A stretch of DNA of 57,938 nucleotides from Acidimicrobiia bacterium (GTDB lineage: Bacteria > Actinomycetota > Acidimicrobiia > Acidimicrobiales > SZUA-35), in NCBI GenBank assembly GCA_003231975.1, contig QIKW01000043.1, forward strand, positions 1-57,938. The letters run 5' to 3'. The number at the start of each line of letters is the position of its first letter. Position 1 is the stretch's first letter. A program made the translations under genes and the position numbers. The notes under the pieces are model-generated. The model worked only from the letters and a program-made list of their open reading frames with translations, was not told the origin of the DNA and searched no databases. Positions 38,602 through 46,731 of the stretch are shown in pieces.

Positions 38602-38877
38602 ATGTCTGACCAGCGGTACAAAGTCTCCATCACATACTGCGTGCCCTGAAACTATTCGGCCCGCACCGTGAGTGCGATTACTGATTTACTTGGCAACTAC
38701 CAGCACCTGATCGATGAGCTGTCGATCGTGATGGGCTCAAAGGGTGTGTTCGACTTTTCGGTCAACGGCCGTTTGCTCTACTCAAAGGATCAAACTGGCC
38801 GCCATGCAGAAGACGGCGAACTGCTTGGCTTGTTCAGAGACTTGGTTGGCCCCGACGTTGCGCTCTACGGCACCTGA
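38602..38877 (+). CDS. SelW/Rdx-family redox protein with in-frame UGA (putative selenocysteine) in a CVPU motif
   Basis: ATG 38602 has AGGA 8 nt upstream. Translation is MSDQRYKVSITYCVP-TGA(38647-38649)-NYSARTVSAITDLL...GSKGVFDFSVNGRLLYSKDQTGRHAEDGELLGLFRDLVG, which follows the Rdx CxxC/CxxU pattern. The ORF track shows only the post-TGA part. Confidence 0.7.
38656..38684 (+). promoter_or_regulatory. candidate bacterial SECIS hairpin downstream of the UGA
   Basis: Upper stem CGCAC (38662-66) / GUGCG (38672-76), apical loop CGUGA. Lower stem UCGG (38656-59) / CUGA (38681-84). The loop begins 18 nt after the UGA. Confidence 0.45.
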
Positions 38878-38882
38878 GGCAA

Positions 38883-39713
38883 GTGATCGAAGGTTCCATC
38901 AGGGTTGACGATCCCGACGACCCCCGAATCGACGTGTTCCAAGGCCTTCGAGACCACGTGCTGCGCCGGGAACGCGAGCTGCCGAACGGAGACATGGGCG
39001 GGGTTTTCATTTCCGAGGGTGACAACGTGGTCCAGCGAGCCATGGCTGCGGGCTACCAATTGGAGTCAATCTTGGTTGATGGCAAACGCTCAAAGCCGTT
39101 GCCTGGGGTGGTTCCAACGGACGTTCCCGTCTACGCGGCTGGGCCCGCGGTGTTGGTGCAGATCACCGGCTACCACCTGCACCGAGGCGCGCTCGCCTGC
39201 TTTCGCCGGAGACCGCTCGCAACCGTCCGGGAAGTTTTGGCAACTCCTAAGTTACGCACCATTGCGGTCTTGGAGGCCATAAACAACCCAACCAACATGG
39301 GAGTGATCCTGCGTTGCGCCGCTGGGCTAGGGGTCGACGCTTTCCTCTTGGACCCCACCTGTTGTGACCCGCTCTACCGCCGCTGCGGCCGGGTTTCCAT
39401 GGGCGAGGCCTACGCACTCCCCTACGCCCGACTCGACGAGTTCCCCGCTGGTCTCAACGTCCTCAGAGAGCAAGGGTTCTGCTTGCTGGCCCTTACCCCA
39501 GGGCAGGATTCCATCGCTCTCGAACAGCTCAGCTTCGGTCAGAAGGATCGACTGGCCATCTTCCTCGGGGCCGAGGGCCCTGGTTTGAGCGGCGGCGTGT
39601 TGGAGTCCGTTGATCATTGCGTTCGAATCCCCATGTCGGGAACTGTCGACTCCATCAACGTTGGCTCGGCTGCTGCTGTTGCCTTCTATGGCTTGCAGCT
39701 TGCCAGGCGCTGA
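38883..39713 (+). CDS. TrmH/SpoU-family RNA 2'-O-methyltransferase
   Basis: AINNPTNMGVILRCAAGLG, AIFLGAEGPGLS and IPMSGTVDSINVGSAAAVAFY motifs. GTG start. Confidence 0.88.
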   Translation: MIEGSIRVDDPDDPRIDVFQGLRDHVLRRERELPNGDMGGVFISEGDNVVQRAMAAGYQLESILVDGKRSKPLPGVVPTDVPVYAAGPAVLVQITGYHLHRGALACFRRRPLATVREVLATPKLRTIAVLEAINNPTNMGVILRCAAGLGVDAFLLDPTCCDPLYRRCGRVSMGEAYALPYARLDEFPAGLNVLREQGFCLLALTPGQDSIALEQLSFGQKDRLAIFLGAEGPGLSGGVLESVDHCVRIPMSGTVDSINVGSAAAVAFYGLQLARR

Positions 39714-40421
39714 TCCATCTCTCGGAACTGATCTGGCGGCCCGAACCAGAGACCCCAGCGCAGCGTGAGCCTCGCTCGCCTCGTTCAGTCGTTCTGAAAA
39801 TGGCACTCTGGAGGCACGGGCGCCCGCCGGTTCATCAACCATCAGCGTCAGGCCGTAGCGGTCGATAGCCATCACTTCGGCCGACTCGGCCAGCCACCGA
39901 CCGCCAAGCGTGCGGGCTATCAGCAGCAGGTTTTCGTCGAGCCGCTCAGCCACCTGAGCCAAGAATTCGTGGCCGTGATCAACCAGCGGGTCTGGTTGCG
40001 CACCCGCAACGTCGGCTGGCCGCAGCCAGCGTTCGTCGCCCAAATCGTCCAGCCACCGAATGCGACTGGCAACCAGTCGAAACCAAGACCAGTCAAGAGA
40101 TTCAACCTGCGCTCGCAAATGCGGATGGTGGATCAAAAGAGGCTCGGTCAGCTCAAATTGCTGAATCCCAGGGACACTTCTGAGATCTCCCTGAATCAGA
40201 AGGCGATCACCAATCGACATTGCTGCCCGCTGATCCTGCCTTCCCCTGCTGGTGTGGGTTGACAGATTGGATAGCACAGTGACCGGTGTTCCCGAAAGGT
40301 CGGCAATCATCGGCACGGTGCCGACCACTGGCCTGCCGTCGGTGTCTACTGTCGCCAGGCTGGCCGTTCGGTTGGCAGCCAAGGTTGTGCGGGCGCGTTC
40401 GGCCCAAGTGGGTTCCAGCAC
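39327..40421 (-). CDS. HugZ-like PPOX-fold plus DUF2470 protein with an unusual ~130-aa C-terminal read-through
   Basis: ARTTLAANRTASLATVDTDGRPV (split-barrel) and LLLIARTLGG...AIDRYGLTLMV (DUF2470-like). There is no stop until 39327, so the tail is antisense to the methyltransferase gene. The start is uncertain (GTG 40421). Confidence 0.6.
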   Translation of the reverse strand: MLEPTWAERARTTLAANRTASLATVDTDGRPVVGTVPMIADLSGTPVTVLSNLSTHTSRGRQDQRAAMSIGDRLLIQGDLRSVPGIQQFELTEPLLIHHPHLRAQVESLDWSWFRLVASRIRWLDDLGDERWLRPADVAGAQPDPLVDHGHEFLAQVAERLDENLLLIARTLGGRWLAESAEVMAIDRYGLTLMVDEPAGARASRVPFSERLNEASEAHAALGSLVRAARSVPRDGSAPGKLQAIEGNSSSRANVDGVDSSRHGDSNAMINGLQHAAAQTRALGPEEDGQSILLTEAELFESDGILPWGKGQQAEPLLSEDVETSGELVESGVGECVGLAHGNPAAAAVERVTTGGVQEESVDP

Positions 40422-40497
40422 CCATTCAACGTCGGCATTTCCGAGCCCACCCTTGAGCCAACAAAGAACGGTGTCCAGCCGAGTCTTTGTCTGATCT

Positions 40498-41679
40498 CTA
40501 GCTGGCCGGTTCGGCGGGCAGCAACTGGGTTGAGAATGCAAACGACGGCAGGCTGATGGGAGGAATCTCGTACTCCCACAACACCTCGCCCTGCTCGTCG
40601 ATCAGCTGAAAGCGAACCACGTCGAGGCCGCCAGGAATGCTGAAGCCGAACAGTCGGTTGGCCCGACTGGTTGGCGTTCGCACGACTGGAAGCTCAGCCG
40701 AGATTGCTCTTTCGCCGTCTGCGACCTTCACAGAGCGGCTGGAGAGTACTCGCACAGCCCAAACGCCTTCGGGGGCAACGCCAGCAACCACAAGGTCAAG
40801 ACCGTCAACAGCAAGCTGAACTTCGGGTACAGTCACCGGCTGCGTCGGGCTTCTTCCGGTTGTTCTTGGCTGGCCCTTTACAACCAGCACCTCGGCCGCG
40901 TCGAGGGTCCACGTAGTGCCGTTTCCGGTAGGCCCGGATACTAGGATTTCGGCGCTAGGGGTCCATGCTCGCGTGCCCGATGAGTTAGGCAGTGCCGCCG
41001 GGATGCTGTTGACCGTTTCGAAGCTCAGCCCGGAGACCAGCGCCGCTGTTTCCTCGCTGTCGGCGGGAAACACCCGCGCGGTAACCAGGGCTTGTTCGGT
41101 CTCAATCCAGGAAACACCCAACGCCGAGGTTTCGCCTTGGTAGCCGCGAACTGTGATGGGCTGCCCCGTCCCTGGGAGTTCCACATCAGTTCCCGATCTG
41201 TCAGATTCTAGAATTGCCGTACCCGAGACTGCGAGATACGCCTCCAGTCCATCGTCGCGTCTGAGGTTGAGCGACTGGAAATAGGGCACGCCGGTGCCGC
41301 CCTGCGAGCGCCAGAACGGTGCTCCGCTAGCGATCACATGCTCGATCTGCCAACCACCCGGCAAGTTGTCGATGTCAACAATGAGAAACCTGAACCCATC
41401 AGCCCTGGATTCAGGCGGCAAGCTTAGGTTCGGATCAACCAGGGGGCTGAGGTCAACGGTGAGACGGCCATCGTTGCTAACCGACCAATATTCTGACTCA
41501 CTCACCGACGTTGGGCCGGGGTCCGGGGCTGGTTGGGGCCTGGCCAGCCAATCGCTCACACCGATCGCGACCAGCAGCGCCAAAACCCCAACTGACGGAA
41601 TCAGCCATGCCAGGCGTGATTTGGCGCCAAGCTTCACAACTCGGGTTCGGCTCTCGCTGGGTCGGCTGGTCTGGTCCAT
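40498..41679 (-). CDS. hypothetical membrane-anchored exported protein
   Basis: ATG 41679. One N-terminal TM (LAWLIPSVGVLALLVAIGV) followed by ~340 aa with no motif I recognise. Confidence 0.55.
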   Translation of the reverse strand: MDQTSRPSESRTRVVKLGAKSRLAWLIPSVGVLALLVAIGVSDWLARPQPAPDPGPTSVSESEYWSVSNDGRLTVDLSPLVDPNLSLPPESRADGFRFLIVDIDNLPGGWQIEHVIASGAPFWRSQGGTGVPYFQSLNLRRDDGLEAYLAVSGTAILESDRSGTDVELPGTGQPITVRGYQGETSALGVSWIETEQALVTARVFPADSEETAALVSGLSFETVNSIPAALPNSSGTRAWTPSAEILVSGPTGNGTTWTLDAAEVLVVKGQPRTTGRSPTQPVTVPEVQLAVDGLDLVVAGVAPEGVWAVRVLSSRSVKVADGERAISAELPVVRTPTSRANRLFGFSIPGGLDVVRFQLIDEQGEVLWEYEIPPISLPSFAFSTQLLPAEPAS

Positions 41680-41908
41680 CGCTCTACTCTCGCTTGGCAC
41701 CAAGTGAAGCAGGTGCAGTCCGTTTCCTCGCCAGAAACATGGAGGCCAACATTCAGGCCGCCAAGCTCAACGTCGAGGCAGCCAGTTCGTAACTGGTCGA
41801 ACCAGCTCCCGAAACCACCGCTGAAAGCTCCCGCCACGGGCTCCTTCAGCGATCCTTCAGCTGCGCCTACCTATTGTCCTCTGGACGGTCGAAAAGAGGA
41901 GGAACAGA

Positions 41909-42994
41909 GTGAACACAACCCGCCAGTGGCTCAGCTCGGTTCCTTGGCGGGTTGGCAAGGTAGCCGCAGTCTTCGCAGGCACGTGGTTCCTGGCTGTGCC
42001 CCAAGTCCCCCTTGCTTGGCAGGCGCTGACAGGCCTCAGCGACATCAGTATCGTTGTGCTGTCAACGGGGGCCGCTCTGGCGGTCGCGGCGCTGCTCGCA
42101 GACGCACAACTCACCCGCACACTTCTTGATGACGGTGGGCGACGACCCGGTCTCTGGCACACGATGGGGATCATCACGACCTCGCTCGGTGTCAGCCGGG
42201 TGGTACCTGCTGGCGCCGCGGTTGGCAACTTGATGGCCTTTCGCATGTTGGAGCGGGCCGGAATCAGGCGCCCCAGAGCGGCATTCACGATGGCAACCCG
42301 CAGCGTCGGGTCAGCAATTGTTCTGAACACCCTTTTGTGGCTTGCTCTCATACTTACCCTTCCGGGGTATGGCTTCTCCCCCTCCTACGTGCTGGCTATC
42401 GCCGCCGGGGCTGTCGTCCTACTAACGGGGGCCATCGCTACCGACGCGCTGTTGAGACAGCGCTCTTGGCTCTGGGCTAGCGCGCCACATATCGCCAAGC
42501 TCATACCAAAGCTGGAATCCGGAATGATTACCCGCCAACTGGATGATCAGTCCGCTCAACTCTGCAACCTTGCTTCGCGCCCTGCCATGGTGCGCAAGGC
42601 CCTCGCCTGGGCCATTGCCAACTGGCTGATCGACGCCGCCGCTCTTTGGGTGTTTCTCGCCGCCTTCGGCGTAATGATGAACCCCGTCCTCGTGCTCGTT
42701 GCCTTCGGCCTGGCCAACCTGGCCGCAGCCGTACCTATCACACCGGGCGGGCTTGGTCTTGTGGAGGTGACCTTGGCGGTCACACTCACAAGCTTCGGCG
42801 CTCCCCCAGTTGCCACTGCCCTTGGAATAGCGGCATACCGAGTCTTCAACTACTGGCTTCCGATTCCCGCATCGGTCCTGGCATACGTTGCCGTTCAAAG
42901 CACCGTTCAAAGCACCGAAACAGAACAGGTGCCTCTCGGTGACACGGCCATAACGACGCCATCCTATCCGCTCTCAAAAGAAGGGGCAGTCTAA
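41909..42994 (+). CDS. lysylphosphatidylglycerol-synthase-TM-region (flippase-like, UPF0104) membrane protein
   Basis: GTG preceded by GAGGAGG. Multiple TMs and the signature AAAVPITPGGLGLVEVTLAV. Confidence 0.8.
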   Translation: MNTTRQWLSSVPWRVGKVAAVFAGTWFLAVPQVPLAWQALTGLSDISIVVLSTGAALAVAALLADAQLTRTLLDDGGRRPGLWHTMGIITTSLGVSRVVPAGAAVGNLMAFRMLERAGIRRPRAAFTMATRSVGSAIVLNTLLWLALILTLPGYGFSPSYVLAIAAGAVVLLTGAIATDALLRQRSWLWASAPHIAKLIPKLESGMITRQLDDQSAQLCNLASRPAMVRKALAWAIANWLIDAAALWVFLAAFGVMMNPVLVLVAFGLANLAAAVPITPGGLGLVEVTLAVTLTSFGAPPVATALGIAAYRVFNYWLPIPASVLAYVAVQSTVQSTETEQVPLGDTAITTPSYPLSKEGAV

Positions 42995-43303
42995 CCATGT
43001 ATATAAGCATTGCTCGCAACCTGTTCTACCTACCGATGACAATACTGTTCATCGTGTCAGCCATCCCGTTGGCTATTGCTATGGCCTCTATGCCCAGAAA
43101 GCGATTCGCAGTAATGCTTCGAACTCATCAAAGAAGGGAAGCCGAGAGAAGAATCGACGACATCGGCTCTTTTGTCTCCCCCGGCGACAGCCTGTTGGAT
43201 GTCGGATTCTATACCAATATGGTCGTTGAAGCCTCATTCAAAGGTGACCTTCCTGCTGGAGAAAGCGGCGCTTGGCGGATAGCCACAATAGGCTCTGTCC
43301 GCC

Positions 43304-44107
43304 GTGCAGCTTCAGTCAGAGAACGCCTCAGCCACCTTCAGTTTGTCCGCCGGGGGCAGGCTGGCATCGCTTGTTGTGTTCGGCAACGAGCTTCTTATCA
43401 CAGCCGATTCCGATCACTTTGGGTGGGGCGCTTTCCCAATGGTTCCGTACGCAGGCCGGGTGGCTTATGGGCGCTTCGCCCTCAAAGGGCAACGCTTTCA
43501 GCTACCGATCACGTTAGACCCTCACGCCATCCATGGAACGGCGTGGAATCAACAGTGGGCCCAGGTGGAAGACGGCGCAGCCTTGCCCTCAAGAGGCTCA
43601 ATCGAGACACCGCTGCCGCACCCTTGGCCACTCGGCGGAACGGTCCGCCAGGATGCCGACCTGCAAGACGACCGGCTCCGGCTGACCCTCACCGTAACCG
43701 CAGGCAGGCAATCGATGCCCGTTCTGGCCGGCTGGCACCCTTGGTTCCGGCGGTTCCTGTCAACGGGGGCTGAGGGCAGGCTCAGCTTCGATGCAGCAAA
43801 GATGTACGAGCTCGACGGAGTTGGTATTCCGACCGGCAAGCTAGTCGCGCCAACCCAGGGCCCTTGGGACGACTGCTTCACCGAACTGAAGTCAAAACCA
43901 GCCATCCGTTGGCCAGGCGTGTTGGAGCTGACGCTCGAATCTTCTTGCACCCACTGGGTGGTCTACGACAAACCACCACACGCCATCTGCGTGGAGCCCC
44001 AAACCGATGCGCCAGACTCGTTCAATCGTGACGCGCTGGTTCTTGAGGCCGGCCGTACCCTTGAGGCAACCTTCACGATTCGCTGGGTCGACTTGTCCGA
44101 TTCCTAA
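43304..44107 (+). CDS. aldose 1-epimerase family protein
   Basis: GGRLASLVVFGNELL...GWGAFPMVPYAGRV...HAIHGTAW and GWHPWF motifs. Confidence 0.85.
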   Translation: MQLQSENASATFSLSAGGRLASLVVFGNELLITADSDHFGWGAFPMVPYAGRVAYGRFALKGQRFQLPITLDPHAIHGTAWNQQWAQVEDGAALPSRGSIETPLPHPWPLGGTVRQDADLQDDRLRLTLTVTAGRQSMPVLAGWHPWFRRFLSTGAEGRLSFDAAKMYELDGVGIPTGKLVAPTQGPWDDCFTELKSKPAIRWPGVLELTLESSCTHWVVYDKPPHAICVEPQTDAPDSFNRDALVLEAGRTLEATFTIRWVDLSDS

Positions 44108-44157
44108 CAAAACCAGCGCTGACGGCAAAGGCCTGACGGTTTGGCATCCTGGTTGCG

Positions 44158-44622
44158 ATGGAGATCCAAACACTAGGAAGAGGCCTTGTTGCTGGCTGGC
44201 TTCTTGATCAGGTTGACGCCCGCAGCAAGGTGCCAATCTGGATCGGGGCCGTCATCTCGGCTCTTGGCCTCGCAGCGGCAGTTCTGCTCAGCAGCTGGCT
44301 GCGCGGCCTTGGGCTTGTGACTTTTCTCCTCGGGCTAATCGGCCTTGGAATGGTGCTGCTGCTTCGAGCCATAACCCGGGTGTCCATCCATCGCTTCGCC
44401 AGCCCCCAGTCTTTGTTGGACAAACGAAACGATATCGACCAGGCCCTTGCGAAACTGGATCTCCCAAAGGGCCCCTTTTCGATGCTTCGCTTTGTACTGC
44501 GACTGGGAAGAGGAACAGGCGCCGAACTGGCTCGGCTGGGCGCGATTGTTTCTGAACTTCAGGCCGAGTTGGGTGTTGATCTAAGCCTGGCCGAGCAGCG
44601 CCAAGCCGAACTCGATCGGTAG
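44158..44622 (+). CDS. hypothetical membrane protein (2 TM plus helical C-terminus)
   Basis: ATG ORF with two clear hydrophobic helices. No recognisable family. Confidence 0.5.
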   Translation: MEIQTLGRGLVAGWLLDQVDARSKVPIWIGAVISALGLAAAVLLSSWLRGLGLVTFLLGLIGLGMVLLLRAITRVSIHRFASPQSLLDKRNDIDQALAKLDLPKGPFSMLRFVLRLGRGTGAELARLGAIVSELQAELGVDLSLAEQRQAELDR

Positions 44623-44633
44623 GAGGCCAAGTA

Positions 44634-44822
44634 TCACCTTCCGAATCGACCGCCGCCAAGACCGGCGCCGCCAACGTTGAACGCAAACACCGCAAGGGTG
44701 AACAGAACCACAACGGTAACTAACGCCAGCCACTGGATTGTTGACGTCATGTTCTTGCGCTGAGCGTTAGATCTAGGTCGCTTCGATCGTCGTTTTTTGC
44801 CTGTGCTACGAGTGGAGGCCAT
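44634..44822 (-). CDS. hypothetical small membrane protein (basic N-terminus plus 1 TM)
   Basis: 62 aa: MASTRSTGKKRRSKRPRSNAQRK followed by WLALVTVVVLFTLAVFAF. Confidence 0.4.
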   Translation of the reverse strand: MASTRSTGKKRRSKRPRSNAQRKNMTSTIQWLALVTVVVLFTLAVFAFNVGGAGLGGGRFGR

Positions 44823-44900
44823 GGCAGTTCAACCGCTCTGTTCTGTAGTTTCTTCCTGGTTTGCTCTCCACAACCGTAGCTCGGGATACATTTGCAGCCA

Positions 44901-45371
44901 ATGACAGCCTCGGCAACAGACTCAGGCAGCGCCGAAGTCCCCTCCGGCGATCCCGGCCCTGAACCCCAGGGGCGCACACCCTCCAAGCCAGCCAGGGTTG
45001 CCAATAGTGTGGGGTGGGCCGACAAGTTCATGCTGTCTCTCCTTCGCCTGCCTCTGGAACAGGAAAAACCCGTCGCCGGCGCCGAGGCAAAGGCCCGTTC
45101 GGCCTTTCAAACCTCAGTAGCTATCTCCGCCGTTCGGTGCCTGATCACCTACATTTTCCTCCCGTTCATCGCCCCGTTCATCGGCCTGGCCGCCCGCATC
45201 GGAGAACCGCTTGGAATCGTGGTGGCCCTGGTCGCCGTGGTGTCCATAATTGCCAGCACGCGCCGATTCTGGAGCACCAGGCACCGGACACGCTGGGCCT
45301 ACACAGCCCTCGGCGGCGTGATGTTGTGTTTCCTTGTGTTCCTGCTGGCAACCGACATAAGCAACCTCTGA
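44901..45371 (+). CDS. hypothetical membrane protein directly upstream of trkA
   Basis: Disordered N-terminus followed by 3 predicted TM helices. It ends 10 nt before the trkA ATG. Confidence 0.5.
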   Translation: MTASATDSGSAEVPSGDPGPEPQGRTPSKPARVANSVGWADKFMLSLLRLPLEQEKPVAGAEAKARSAFQTSVAISAVRCLITYIFLPFIAPFIGLAARIGEPLGIVVALVAVVSIIASTRRFWSTRHRTRWAYTALGGVMLCFLVFLLATDISNL

Positions 45372-45381
45372 CGGACCAGCC

Positions 45382-46731
45382 ATGCATGTTGTGATTGTTG
45401 GCGCAGGCGAAATCGGCCGATTTCTCGCTCAGCGCCTCGGCAACGAACATCACGACGTAGTTGTGATCGAGTTGGATGCCGCTCGGGCCGCGTCTGTTGC
45501 TGAGCAACTTGACGTGCAGGTTGTGGTTGGCAGCGGTTCCAGCCCCGCTGCGCTCAACGAAGCGCGGATCGATCGAGCCGATCTGATCGCGGCGGTCACC
45601 CCAAACGACGAAGTGAACATGGTGGCTGCCCTCCTGGCCAAGGAGCATTCGGTGGCCAGCACCGTTGTTCGGCTTCAATCCGACGAGCTGCGGGGCCAGG
45701 CAGGTGGCCAGATAGTCAAAACAATCGGAGCCGACCTGGTAATCGATCCAGACGCCGACACCGCGGATGAGATCCTGGAACTGATCCACGCAACGGGCGC
45801 AAACGAGGTTTTCCCGATGGCAGGGGGAGACCTGTTGGTAATCGGAGCCGACATAGGCACCGATGCGCCTGTTGTTGGCCGAACCCTGGCCGAAATTGGT
45901 TCCGCCCACGAGCCGAACCGCCAGTTTGTGTTCGGGGCCATCAGCCGTGAACGACGCGCCCTTGTTCCGCGAGGCGACCAGACGCTGCTGGCCGGAGACC
46001 ACGTTCGCATCCTCACCACCAAGAACGCTCGCCGTCAGGCTCTGCGGCTCCTTGGCCTGTCCGGAAGTTACGCCAAACGAGTGATGGTTCTTGGTGGGGG
46101 AAGAATCGGTTTCAGAGTGGCCGACCGGCTTCAGACCGAAGGTGTGGAGGTCGTTGTTATAGAGCGCGACCCGATCCGGGCAGCAAAGATCGCCGAAAAG
46201 CTCCGGAACTGTGTGGTTGTGCAGGGAGAGATAGCAGACACCGACCTCCTCGCCGAAGAATCGGTTGGGCGAGCCGATGCGGTGATCGCGGCCACCGGTG
46301 AAGATCCGGCAAACGTTCTGGCTTGCGCCTTTGCCGCGGCCGAGGGCACCGGCTTCACGGTTGCCGTCCTCCACAGCCTCTCGCTGCTGCCGCTCGTCCG
46401 ACGGTTCGGAATCAACGCTGCCCTCAGCCCTCGAACCGCCTCGGCCAACGCGGTTCTGCGCCACATTCGTGGCGGTACAGCAGCGGTCGCCACGTTCTTG
46501 GAGAGCGACGACGAGGTTGACGAACTTGAAATCCATGCTGGCAGCCCGGCCGACGGCGTAGCGGTTGCAGACTTGAGGCTGCCAAACGATCTGGTGATTG
46601 GGGCGGTGATCCGACCGGGTAGCCAGGCCGAAATCGTTAGCGGTCAAACCGTTCTGAACGCTGGCGATCACATCGTGGTATTTGCCAGCCCCGACGCTCT
46701 AACAGCAGCCCAGTCCGTCTTCTCAGCATGA
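45382..46731 (+). CDS. trkA: Trk potassium uptake system NAD-binding subunit (two RCK modules)
   Basis: MHVVIVGAGEIGRFLAQRL and a second VMVLGGGRIGFRVADRL Rossmann. ATGA overlap with trkH. Confidence 0.92.
   Translation: MHVVIVGAGEIGRFLAQRLGNEHHDVVVIELDAARAASVAEQLDVQVVVGSGSSPAALNEARIDRADLIAAVTPNDEVNMVAALLAKEHSVASTVVRLQSDELRGQAGGQIVKTIGADLVIDPDADTADEILELIHATGANEVFPMAGGDLLVIGADIGTDAPVVGRTLAEIGSAHEPNRQFVFGAISRERRALVPRGDQTLLAGDHVRILTTKNARRQALRLLGLSGSYAKRVMVLGGGRIGFRVADRLQTEGVEVVVIERDPIRAAKIAEKLRNCVVVQGEIADTDLLAEESVGRADAVIAATGEDPANVLACAFAAAEGTGFTVAVLHSLSLLPLVRRFGINAALSPRTASANAVLRHIRGGTAAVATFLESDDEVDELEIHAGSPADGVAVADLRLPNDLVIGAVIRPGSQAEIVSGQTVLNAGDHIVVFASPDALTAAQSVFSA

Noticed and set aside
42891-42914. 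12-bp tandem duplication CCGTTCAAAGCA x2 (VQSTVQST) near the end of the flippase-like gene.
   Set aside because: There are only two copies, in a non-conserved C-terminal tail. This is a minor slippage event with no evident function.
45178-46671. 497-aa ORF on the minus strand.
   Set aside because: It lies entirely antisense to trkA, which has clear Rossmann motifs. Its product is Arg/Gly/Ser-rich with no motifs. This is the typical shadow ORF of GC-rich DNA.
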